A DNA stretch of 64,000 nt, taken from Octopus vulgaris. Its lineage: Eukaryota. A program made the translations under genes and the position numbers. The DNA lies in contig OX597827.1 in the NCBI GenBank assembly GCA_951406725.2, forward strand, positions 21,204,001 through 21,268,000, given 5' to 3'. Shown piece after piece: positions 51,817 through 63,509 of this stretch. Every line of letters starts with the position of its first letter. Within the stretch, counting starts at the first letter, position 1. The notes beneath the pieces are model-generated. The model was not told where the DNA came from. It saw only the letters and a list, made by a program, of their open reading frames with translations, and made no database searches.

Positions 51817-52229
51817 TATACACACACACACCTCAGATAGAAGAACTTCATATTTCAAAAATCAAGGATAACAAGGGTTTATTGTTTTCTTTTGAGACAG
51901 CCAAGCCTTAGAACACATCATCATCATCATCATCATCGATTAACGTCTGTTTTCCATGCTGGCATGTGTTGGATTTATAATGATATAATGATCAATTAAA
52001 AAATTCATTAGAAACAGCTTTAACGAATTGAACCCTATCCATCAATTGTTATTTATTTATATATAATTCACCTCGCTTGGAACTTGCTTCTCACCTGTTC
52101 CGAAGCATATCCATGGACTGTATAATTAATAAAATGTACATTTCTGATTAGCTCAAGAGCTAATTATATACTCAGTTGGGTTCAATTAATGGCAATCATT
52201 ACCCGAACACCATTCTCCCTGTGCCTCTG

Positions 52230-52825
52230 TACACATTTAAAAATTCGGGTATCTTATAGTCGTGATTCATATCGAGCCCGTCTGGGTATTAGCGCGCGTC
52301 TACGATGAGTCTACGATGAGTCTACGATTTAAAAAATAATTTAACATCATTTTTTATTCCATTTTAATGCATATTTTTTCGTGTGTCGATGGCGGCGGAG
52401 TTGGCGTCCACGCTCACACCTGCACCTGTGTTGCTTCTCCCCCTTCTTCCCTCCCTCGTGAAGCTGTGGGGAAGGGAGTGTAAGGAAATCAACGTCGTAA
52501 TGCGTTGTCAAGGAGACCAGCGTTCTTTAGAACAACGACTTCATGGCTTGAAGACACCAAAACAGAAATGGCTAAGAAAGCGTCTACATGAGTCTACGAT
52601 TTAAAAAAAAATTTACCATCATTTTTTCCATTTTAATGCATTTTTTCGCTATTATATAAGGGAAGTAACTCTCTAAAATGTCTACGATGAGTCAACGATT
52701 TAAAAAAAAAATTACCATCATTTTTTATTCCATTTTTAATGCATTTTTTTGCTATAACTCTCTAAAAATGCTTATATAGTTATTTCCCTTACAAACCCGA
52801 GCAACGCCGGGCGATACTGCAAGTA
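52230..52825 (-). mobile_element. Helentron-associated (HINE/DINE-like) non-autonomous element with internal repeats
   Basis: End ACTTGCAGTATCGCCCGGCGTTGCTCGGGTTTGTAAGGGAAATAAC is shared with 60297-60672. Three copies of CTACGAT...TAAAAAAAATTTACCATCATTTTTT. Confidence 0.6.
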
Positions 52826-52850
52826 TGTATATATATATATACATATATAC

Positions 52851-52900
<50 letters not shown>

Positions 52901-52928
52901 ATACATATACATATATACATATACATAC

Positions 52929-52959
<31 letters not shown>

Positions 52960-53127
52960 AAGTGAGATAGGGGTTATGAGTGTAACCCACTATGGGATAT
53001 CATTTATCCAATATACTGCCAGTGAAGTACCCAAAAGGCTAATACATAAATGCTTACAATTGCAATGCAATTAGTTCATTTACTGTAGTATATGGGCGAA
53101 GATAAAATGTTTTACCTCAAATTCATA

Positions 53128-53281
53128 ATACAAAATAAGAAAATGGAGGAATAGATTCCTTTCAATCATCAACTTACAGATAATACCAATTCATATAATT
53201 TATTAAGTTAGTAAATTATATGAATTGGTATTATCTGTAAGTTGATGATTAAAAGGAATCTATTCCTCCATTTTCTTATTT

Positions 53282-53286
<5 letters not shown>
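53128..53286. repeat. Near-perfect hairpin, 75-bp arms, 9-nt loop
   Basis: 53128-53202 versus 53212-53286, one mismatch. Confidence 0.9.
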
Positions 53287-53325
<39 letters not shown>

Positions 53326-53329
53326 CATA

Positions 53330-53530
53330 TAAAGTTAATCCAAACAAGAAAGCACAACAAAACACAACAACACAAGGACGTGGAACAAATATAGCATTAT
53401 TGGACGCTCAGGAAAGAAGGAAAGGAGGGTTTAACGTTTCGAGCGGAGCTCTTCGTTGGAAACATAGGAGAAGGAAAGATCCAGAGAAGGGAAGACAGAG
53501 GAAAAAAAAACGGTACACACGCGGTCACAA
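53330..53530 (-). mobile_element. Penelope-like terminal repeat P1 (hammerhead core mutated, 53429-53463)
   Basis: GUUU-CCAACGA-A-GAGC(UCC)GCUC-GAA-ACGU-U-AAAC, embedded in (TA)n. Confidence 0.75.
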
Positions 53531-53819
53531 ACATATATATACATATATATATATATATACATACATATATATATATATTTTTGTATATATATATATTTAA
53601 AATTTATAAGTTTAAATTATTTAAATCATTTTTTAATTTTTAACTTTTATATTTTTTAATTAATTTTATGTATTGGCTTATGTTTTTCACTGTTTGATTT
53701 GCCTAATAGTGGTTTTATCTCCAATTTAATATAATATAATATAATATATTTATATTATAAAATTGGATTTAATCCTAAATCTAATTTTTCCCTGTAAGTT
53801 TGGATTTATTCTCTAATAT

Positions 53820-53884
<65 letters not shown>

Positions 53885-53928
53885 TATACATATACATATA
53901 TATATATATATACATATATATATACATA

Positions 53929-53989
<61 letters not shown>

Positions 53990-53993
<4 letters not shown>

Positions 53994-54152
53994 AGAATTC
54001 ACAAAAAACACAGCTGGTGTGTAGACAACAAACAGATGTATTAGTTTAATGCTCAGGAAGTGGAAAAGTCTTTAACGTTTCAAGCCTACGCTCTTCCACA
54101 GAAAGAAACAAGGAAAGAAAATAAAAAATGTGTAGTGGCTAGCGATCTATCA
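53990..54152 (-). mobile_element. Penelope-like terminal repeat P2 (variant hammerhead 54070-54105)
   Basis: CUUU-CUGUGGA-A-GAGC(GUAG)GCUU-GAA-ACGU-U-AAAG. Confidence 0.7.
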
Positions 54153-54175
54153 TGTATATATGATATATATGAAAG

Positions 54176-56150
54176 CATCGGCCCATCAGGAATCACTGCT
54201 GAGATGCTTGAAATATCTGCCGGAGTGAATCATGGTCTAGTCACTCATATTGTAAATCAGATTGTACACAAGGGAGTCTTATTCAATGACTGGTGTAGCA
54301 GTCCCATAGTCAACTGGTACAGAGATAAAGGTAATGCCTTAGATAGAAATAATTACAGAGGTATCAGATTGTTGGATCAGGTGATGAAAGTCACGGAAAG
54401 GGTTATAGCCCATTTAATTAGGGAGAGAGTTAGTCTAGATGAGATGCAGTTTGGTTTTGCGCCAGGGAGAAGCACCACTGATGCTATATTTCTGGTAAGA
54501 CAGCTGCAGGAGAACTACCTAGCCAAAGATAAACCTCTGTACTTGGCTTTTGTTGACTTGGAGAAAGCCTTTGATGGGGTCTCTCGGTTCCTTATCTGGT
54601 GGTCAATGCAGAAACTAGGGATAGATGAGTGGTTGGTGAGAGCTGTACAACCCATGTACAGGGACGCTGTCAGTAAGGTGAGGGTTGGCAACAAGTACAG
54701 CAAAGAATTCAGGGTACAAGTAGGGGGTTCATCAAGGATTGGTCCTCAGCCCCCTCTTGTTCATCATAGTCCTCCAAGCAATGACAGGAATTTAAGATAG
54801 CTGCTCCTGGGAGCTCCTCTATGCTAATGACTTTGTTCTTGTAGCTGAGTCACTACCAGAACTAGAGAAGTTTCAAGTATGGAAGCAAGGTCTAAGATCA
54901 AAGGACCTTAGCAAAAACTGAAGTCTTAGTAAGTAGAAAGTGGACAAATCACAAATCTCTTCAGGTAGATGGCTCTGCTCGATCTGTAGAAAAGGCATAG
55001 GTAGAAACTCCATAAGATGTACCTGGTGTAAGCTGTGGACACATAAGAGGTGCAACAATATCAGGGAGGTTAACAGGGAAAATAGCACTTGTATGTGGAA
55101 GATGCACAGGTACAATAAACACTGAAAATGTACAGAAAATAGACTCCTTCAACTGCCAGCGGGGTAGGCTTGAGGTACAAGATAGCTTCCATTATCTAGG
55201 TAACTAAATTAGTAGCAGAGGTGGATGCTCTGAGAGCATAGATGTGGGAATAAGATTAGGCTGGGCAAAGTTCAGAGAGCTCCTACCCCAGCAGGCAACA
55301 AAGGGCCTCTCTCTCAGGGTGAAAGGCAGATTGTATGATGCTTGTGTGCAAACAGCCATGCTACATGGCAGCAAAACATGGGCTGTGATAGCTGAGGACA
55401 TGTTTAGGCTTAAACAGAAATGAAATCAGTATGTTTTGTGGGATGTGTAATGTCAGTGTGCATGTTCAACAGAGTTTAAGCACCTTGAGAGAAAAGTTAG
55501 GCATAAGAACTATCAGTGGTGTGCAAGAGAGACAACTGCGTTGGTGTGGTCATTTGATGCATATGGACGAGGACAGCTGTGTATAGAAGTGCTGATCTCT
55601 AACTGTGGAGGGTACCTGTAGTAGAGGTGGACCCAGGAAAACATGAGATGAGGTGGGGAAGCATAATCTTCGAACTTTGGGTCTCACAGAGGAAATGATT
55701 AGTGACCAAGACTTTTTGTGATGTGCTGTGCTTGATAAGATTGGTCAAGCCAAGTGAAATCGTAGTCATGGCTGATGCTGGTGTCATGTAAGTGGCACTT
55801 GTGCCAGCGGCATATAAAAAGTATCTTCTGAGTGTTGGGCCTCATAGAGGCAAAGTGGCTGAGCTCTTCTCGAGTGTTGGTCCTCAAGGAGGCAATGGCT
55901 GAGACCTCTGGCATTATGTCGTGCTTGAGAAGTCCAATCAAACCGAGCAAAATCACAGTCATGGAAGATACTGGTGTCACACAAATGACACCTGTGCTGG
56001 TGGCCCATTAAACTCTCAGAGAGGTTGAAGTTAGGAAGGGCATCCAGCCATAGAATTCATGCCAAGTCGGACTGGAGCCTGGCGCAGCTCTCCAGCTTGC
56101 CAGTTTTAATCAAACTAACGCATGGACAACAGACATTAAATGATGATGAT
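54176..56150 (+). mobile_element. RTE LINE, 5'-truncated (whole RT domain to tail), pseudogenised
   Basis: GPSGITAEML, NYRGIRLL, QFGFAPGRSTTDAIF, AFVDLEKAFD, LLYAND, PHD-like finger and (GAT)n tail. Confidence 0.93.
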
Positions 56151-56199
56151 ATATGAGTGATAGATAGAGGGAGAAAGAGAGAAGAGAGTGATTATTATG

Positions 56200-56570
56200 T
56201 GTAGCTGTGTGGTAAGAAGTTTACTTCCCAACCACATCGCTCTGGGTTCAGTTCTACAGTGTGGCACTTTCAGCAAGTGTCTTCTACTATAGCCTTGGGC
56301 CAACCAAAGCACTGTGAGTAGATTTGGTAGACAGAAACTGAAAGAATCCCATCATGTGTGTGTGTTCATGTCCCCCACTGCTGCTTAAAAACTGATGTTG
56401 GTTTGTTTACATCTCCATAACTTAGTGGTTCAACAAAAGTGACTGACAGAATAAGTACTAAGTTTAAAGACAATAAAGTCTTGGAACTGATTTGTTCGAC
56501 TAAAAACTCTTCAAGGCAGTGCTCCAGCAGGGCCACAGTCAATTGACTGAAACAAGTAAAAGATAAAAAA
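56200..56570 (+). mobile_element. Diverged SINE family B
   Basis: Matches the consensus with more substitutions. Confidence 0.75.
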
Positions 56571-56585
56571 TGGTAAGAGGTAAAC

Positions 56586-56790
56586 ATTGTTTAATGAACA
56601 CAGAAAATATTTTTATGAGCTACCAATAGTTTCATCCAATGCAAACAATACATTGTTTTATAACACGTCTGCTACCTTCAAGCAATCTACATAAAGACAC
56701 CAAACATGTTAAAAATGTTGTCTGTGTTGTTTTTCATTGCATGAAACTACTGGTAGCTCATAAAAATAGATAATGTGTTTATTAAACAAT
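56586..56790. repeat. Imperfect inverted repeat, MITE-like
   Basis: ATTGTTTAATGAACAC...TATTTTTATGAGCTACCAATAGTTTCAT pairs with ATGAAACTACTGGTAGCTCATAAAAATA...GTGTTTATTAAACAAT. Confidence 0.7.
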
Positions 56791-56846
56791 ATCTATCTCT
56801 CACCAGATTACAACTGTTTTTGCTGATCTTACCACTACAAAGCAGT

Positions 56847-56901
<55 letters not shown>

Positions 56902-56975
56902 AGAGTTTACGAAAAAAACAAAAGATGAAGACAGGTGGTGTACAAAACAAACAGATGTATTAGTATAACACTCAG

Positions 56976-57011
<36 letters not shown>

Positions 57012-57013
<2 letters not shown>

Positions 57014-57370
57014 TCTTTTACTTGTTTCAGTCATTTGACTGTAGCTATGCTGGAGCACCACTTTTGGTTGAACAAATTGACCCCAGGACATATTCTATGT
57101 AAGCCTAGTACTTATTCCATCAGTCTCCTTTGTTGAACCGCTAAGTTACGGGGACCTAAATACACCAACATTGGTTGTCAAGTGATGGTGGGGAGACAAA
57201 TACATAAATATATATATATACGACGGGCTTCTTTCTGTTTCCGTCTACCAAATCCATTCACAAGGCTTTAGTTGGGCTGAGGTTATAGTTGGTGACACTT
57301 GCCCAATGTGGGACTGAACCCGGAACCATGTGGTTGGGAAGCAAGCTTCTTACCACACAGCCACTCCTGT
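57012..57370 (-). mobile_element. SINE family B
   Basis: Reverse copy of the consensus. Confidence 0.8.
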
Positions 57371-57767
57371 GTGTACGTGTATGTTTACCACTAGAACCTG
57401 CTATGGCAACTGAGAGAGTGGCAAAAGTGTTGTGCAAGTTTTGCCACTGAAACCAAATGATGTACAGATGTCTCAGCATCATTTCATTTCTTGATGTATT
57501 TTGTAGTGTTATGGCAATCGGTACCTGGCAACGTGTGAAAGTCATACCTGTGCACATGTAAGGATAAAAGTAAGTCAGATTGAATGTGGGACGGTTATAA
57601 TCAGACAAGATGAGCCAATCATCATGTATATATATATATACATTTTGTTATGATTTATATGTAAATACTTATATATTATACGTGTGTGCATGTATGTATA
57701 TATGTATGCATTGTTGTAACTTGAGAAATCCTTCTTTTAGTTTCCATAAGCTTTCCTTGAATCAGAG

Positions 57768-58573
57768 TTAATGTCTAGAATATCTGTATACTAAGAATAT
57801 TCCGGTAATCCCCAAAAGAATTATTGCATATTTTCTAATATCTAGTTGGTTTTCTTGAGCATTATCAGAAATGATTCTCTCATTCACACAATCATTATTG
57901 AGTGATGCCACATCTGGCATCTCTTCAGCTGTTGAAGTATCTGAATCTCTTTCATCTATATTGAGGTTATTCTCTCCATACTGATAATCATTAGAGTCAG
58001 GTTCTATCTGTTGTTCATGATTATAACTTGGTGGGTATAATGGTGTTGCCTCCACACTAGTATTGTCTTCTGGGCTAGACCGACCTTCAATGGTATTTTC
58101 AATCTTTCTTGCATTATTACACTCCTTTAGTTTATTTTCTTGGTCTCTAATCGGATCAGGATGCCTAGATTCAGATGGTAGCGATGTACACTCAATCGGA
58201 GGACTATCATGAGTTAAACTTGAGCTGAATTTATTACTAACTCCTTTTTTCTCTTCCTCCTTCTCTCTGTTTTCTTGAAAATAACTATCACATGAATAAG
58301 TAGTTCCTGGTGTTTCATAATGGTCACCTGGTTGTTGGTACCGACCTGTTGTTGGTGGTTCATTTGACTGAGCTTGATGATTCTGTTGTTGTGGGCGCTG
58401 TCTTAATCTAACCTTTCCTTTGATTTCATCATGCATTTCAATTAGTCCGAGCTCTGTCAATGCTAACAACAAGTCTTTAAGGGTTTTATCTGCTAATTCT
58501 TCCATTACATAATGCATAAAATTTTCATCCATGTGATCATTTTCTATTCTGTTTCTGTCTTCTGTGGAGAGCC
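57768..58573 (-). CDS. Terminal exon of a death-domain, tail-anchored membrane protein
   Basis: Acceptor TTCTTGCTTTTATATCCCTAG| immediately before 58573. Reads (G)LSTEDRNRIENDHMDENF...TLKDLLLALTELGLIEMHDEI (death-fold pattern), then an acidic S/T/P/Q/N linker, then RKYAIILLGITGIFLVYRYSRH-stop. Confidence 0.85.
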
Positions 58574-58811
58574 CTAGGGATATAAAAGCAAGAATAACAC
58601 TCAGTCAATTCACAAAGACAAAATTATGTAATATTTGTATGGGAAATAATATCACTATACTGGTTTGATAAATTGGTATCAATCATTTTCAGCTGGTTCA
58701 AAGGTTTTGTGATTAAGTTGTCAGCAAGAGAGGAAATTTATTTAAGAGAGGAAAAAAATACCATAGTGGAAACATAGGAAAAGACAAATCAAATCAGTAT
58801 GTGTGTTATGT

Positions 58812-58847
<36 letters not shown>

Positions 58848-59068
58848 ATTAGAAAAAAACACCTTTTTATCAATTCAACAATGAAATAATTAAATTATAT
58901 CATATAGAAAAAATTAAATACAAGATAAAAACATATACCAATGATTAAGTAATGTATAAATATTTATTATATTTATGAAAAAAAAATTTCAACTTATATA
59001 AGAAAGGAATAACAAACTATAATATATCATTACTAGAAAATTAAAATACAATTAATTAAAATATTTAA

Positions 59069-59105
<37 letters not shown>

Positions 59106-59848
59106 CAAAATATACATTAAGTGAAAACTAAAATACTATAATTTAATCTATATACATTAAATTAAATTATTAATTAATTAATTTATTTATTTAATAAACA
59201 TCTAAGTTAAATCTTATTCTAATTAAGTAATATATACTAAAAAACTTCATGTTAAGTTACGTACATAATGCTTGTACAAACTATGAACTTTAGAATTAAA
59301 AATTGAGAAGACTCGGCAAGCTCAAGTGAGACCTTAACCTTGTGGCCTATGCCATGGGTGTAACCAGCCCACTTATTCATACCTTTCCTTCATTGGACAC
59401 TAAACTCTGCTTGCAAAGACCTGTTGAGACAAGTGAAATAGAAAATGAAATCAAATTCGATGACTAGCATCCATGCTAGTGGAGTGCTAAGAGTACCTTA
59501 CGAGTGTGATCGTTGCCAGAGCAACAAGCTGCCCCCCGTGCCGGTGGCACGTAAAAAAAACACCATTCGAGCGTGGCCGTTGTTTTTCTCTTTGCCTTCG
59601 TAAAAAAGTATGTTACTGTCATGGAGATTCTTATTGTAGCAGAAAAGGAATTTTAACTCCTATTTCTAAATTCGGTATGTGGTGAAGCAATTACCTGAAC
59701 CTTAATTATAATTATGTTTATAATTATAGAATATTTGTATAATTTTACCTATAAAGGTTATTTTAACATTCTGATCTACTTGGTGAAATTATTAATTAAT
59801 TGATTGATTAATGAATTAATTTGATTAATAAATTTTACCCTTTTATTA

Positions 59849-59904
<56 letters not shown>

Positions 59905-60296
59905 AATGTAGATATTACTATTATATTGGTGAAAGATGTAAAAACATGTGCTCTCTGACCAAATTTATGGAAATACAGGGATTGCAATGTTGGAAATTTG
60001 TGCTATGGTGCTATCTTTTACAAGCCACCACCACTGCCATCATCATCATCATCATCATCATCATATGTTGAATGGTTTGACAAAGAACCAACAAATCATA
60101 CTGCAGTGTTTGTTTTGGTATGGATTCTACAGCTGGATGCCCTTCCTATCACCAATTGCTTTGCAGAGTGGACCAGGTGCTTTTTATGTGGCACCGGCAC
60201 TAGTGAGGTCTCCCTGTAACTCACAAGTCAACAAACCTAAAGAAAGCGGATGTGGTCTCTGTATCCTAGATGGGGATGCTGCACATATAGAGCAGC

Positions 60297-60672
60297 ACTA
60301 GCAGTATCGCCTGGCATTGCTCAGGTTTGTAAGGGAAATAACTATAAAGCATTTTTAGAGAGTTATAGCAAAAAAATAGCAAAAAAATGATGGTAAATTT
60401 TTTTTTGAGAGTTAAAAAAGGTCGAGTTGCGTCCCCTAGACAATCTGTGGTTTGTGTTTCTGATTCTCGACCCCATGTCGAATTTATCGATTTTTTTCAG
60501 AACTGGGGGAACTTTTCAAAATTTTCGCTGCGTTAGTTTTGAATTATGACATTGGGCTATGTGTGTGTCAAGTTTCATCAGAATCGGTTGAAAGCCGTGG
60601 TCAGGGTGAGGGTACAACCAAACAGACACACAGAAACACACACAGACAAACAGCCGTTTATATAGAGAGAGA
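60297..60672 (+). mobile_element. Helentron-associated (HINE/DINE-like) element
   Basis: ACTAGCAGTATCGCCTGGCATTGCTCAGG start, AAGTTTCATCAGAATCGG, CAGA/CA microsatellite and TTTATATAG end. Confidence 0.6.
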
Positions 60673-61689
60673 TGAGAAAACCAAGAAACTCAGTGGAAGA
60701 AGCAACTGTGTCAGACCATCAGGGTCCTCTCACATAATAATTGATCAAGACCTGTTTAACCTGTAACAGATGATGATGATGGAGATGGAAATGAGGACTG
60801 ATGGTAACGAGATAATGATGGTGATGCTGATTCTGTTCATGATGATGATGAAGAAAAGAAATTGTTGTGAAGGATATTTGAAGTGCAGAAAGAAGTGAAC
60901 ATGTTTACAAAGTCAGAAAACAGCACAGCTCCCATGACTTTCGGAAACATTTTTTCACGCTATGAGTTGCTGAAGCATGGAACAGACTGCCAGCATCAGT
61001 TGTTAGTTGTTGGAGTACTGCATCCTTCAAAACTTCCATGCTTCCTGAGATTCGCCAACACTATACCTGATTTTCTCCCCCTCCATACACACGCAAGCAT
61101 CTATCTGACTCATACACTGTTCGCTCTCCAGACATTTGTACACTACTGCATATACTTTATACTCACTTTTGACAAGTTGTGGTGCACCTGAGCACTGTAT
61201 ACAATAATTCCATTATTATTATTATTATTATTAATATTTTTATTATTATTATTATTATTATTTAAGTGAGGTGGGAATGCTATGGAGGATGCGAAATGAG
61301 TTGAAAGAAAAACTGTGCATAAGAGGAATCATGAGTTGTGTAGAAGAGAGACCATTGTGCTGCTGCAATGATGTGTGTAAAGGATGACAAAGAAGTGGAG
61401 ACAGAGAGAAGTGATGAACACTGATTTCAGAAAATAGAATTTCTCAAAAAAAATGATGAAATATGGTAAGGTATTGCTCAAAGTTGGAGACCACACAAAC
61501 AGGGAAAAAAATCGAATGGATGATGATGAAGATAATGGTGATGAAGATGATAGTAAAGACCACAAAACAGTTTCTTTGATGTTTAATGATTCCAGCAATC
61601 TTATACAGCCAGTAAGGATGATACTGTAGTCGGAGATACGCCATACCACACACTAGATAATATACCTGAAAGCCAAAGTATCATGTAAA

Positions 61690-61912
61690 AAGCACTAGTG
61701 ATGGTGCCACATAAAAAAAAGCACCCTTTGTACCCCCTGTAAAGTAGTTGGCATTAGGAAGGGCATCCAGCTGTTGAAAGAAAATCCAAACAGACTACAG
61801 AACCTGGTGTGGCTCCTGGCCATGCCAGCTCCTGTCAAGCTGTCCAACCCATGACAGCATGGAAAACAGACATTAAATGAAGATGATGATGATGAAGATG
61901 ATGATGATGATA
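61690..61912 (+). mobile_element. RTE 3'-end fragment (intronic)
   Basis: GGAAGGGCATCCAGCTG...CATGGAAAACAGACATTAAATGA followed by (GAT)n. Confidence 0.7.
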
Positions 61913-62042
61913 CAGTATATGAGAATAAAGACAAGATGTTCAAAGCTAGAATGCATTCATAAGACTGATTAGCTGAGGTTAATCTCAACAATAAGCAAAC
62001 ACCATTATCATAGAATGTGAAGAAAAACAGAACCAATCTTAC

Positions 62043-62156
62043 CCAATTTAAGAGCCAAATTCTTCCAGTTTGGATGGCGACCAGCAGCATTTAACTTGTC
62101 TAGACATAAGAAGCGTTCAAAATGAATGAGATGACAGTCAAATCCTTTCTTATTAC
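62043..62156 (-). CDS. Penultimate exon (114 nt, phase 1-1) of the death-domain protein
   Basis: Acceptor TTCCTTTCTCTTCTACCATTGCAG| and donor |GTAAGA. Reads NKKGFDCHLIHFERFLCLDKLNAAGRHPNWKNLALKL-G, and splices in frame to 58573 to give WKNLALKLGLS. Confidence 0.85.
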
Positions 62157-62437
62157 CTGCAATGGTAGAAGAGAAAGGAATTTAGTCAGAATACACACAC
62201 ACACCCATTTTCACCACTCAACCCATTCCCCTTCTCATCTCCCTCTCTGCCTCCCACTCTCCTCATTTATTCTTATTTGTTTATTTTTATTTACTCATTC
62301 ATTTATTTGGATCACCTACACTTATGATTGTGATCAATTAAATAAATAGACATAATTGCATGTTTACAGGCTGATGTTTGTCGATTGTTTATCCTCTCCA
62401 TTTTCTTATTTGCCTTATATATATATATATGCATATA

Positions 62438-63072
62438 AGGCGTAGGAATGGCTGTGTGGTAAGTAGCTTGCTTACGAACCACATGGTTCCGGGTTCAGTC
62501 CCACTACGTGGCACCTTGGGCAAGTGTCTTCTACTATAGCCTCGGATTTGGTAGACGGAAACTGAAAGAAGCCCATCGTATATGTGTATATATATATATA
62601 TATATATGATTTCAACAATTGAGGGTAAAATTAATTAATTATTAATTAATTTCACCAAGTGTTCAGTATGCAAAGGGACTTTCGTGAGTTGAGTTGACCA
62701 AACACTATACGAGAGAGATTTTCTTTAAGTATTAGAAATGGTTTTTAAAAAAGTTTTTTAGCTGCTATTTCTAATGAGTTCAGTATGCGGCAAAGTAATT
62801 TATTTTACTAAGCCCTTTTATATATTATATATATATATGTATATGTATGTGTGTGTATATGTTTGTGTGTCTGTGTTTGTCCCCACAACATCGCTTGACA
62901 ACCGATGCTGGTGTGATTACGTCCCCGTAACTTAGCGGTTTGGCAAAAGAGACCGATTGAATAAGTACTAGGCTTACAAAGAATAAGTCCTGGGGTCGAT
63001 TTGCTCAACTAAAGGCGGTGCTCCAGCATGGCCACAGTCACATGACTGAAACAAGTAAAAAGAGTAAAGAGA
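62438..63072 (+). mobile_element. SINE family B split by a ~210-bp insertion in its internal (TA)n
   Basis: Head 62438-62580, tail 62840-63072. The insert 62608-62815 shares an AT-rich end with 59600-59850. Confidence 0.75.
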
Positions 63073-63091
63073 ATATGTGTATATATATATA

Positions 63092-63139
<48 letters not shown>

Positions 63140-63192
63140 TATATATATGCGTATATATATGCGCATATATATATATATACACGCACACACAC

Positions 63193-63243
<51 letters not shown>

Positions 63244-63509
63244 TATATTGTTCACTGATATTTTTTCCTGACATGTCTGTAATGCATTTGTGACTATTCA
63301 GTGGTACAGAAGTATTTTTCACTTCTATCTTTTAGCGATGTAGGTGCTCATGTAGTGCTCTTGTGTATATATATACATACCTAATATTGTATGTATATAT
63401 TTTGTCAATTTGCCTGTACGGTTGATAATTCACTTGCCACTCGTGATAGTATTTTAATAATACCATCCCTATATTTATTTATACATATATATCTTTCCAA
63501 GTGCATATT

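Noticed and set aside
57860-57890. ERIIS as a pLxIS IRF-recruiting motif in the death-domain protein
   Set aside because: It lacks the required Leu, and no clear PxQxT or PxExxAr/Ac TRAF site was seen, so it is not used as evidence.
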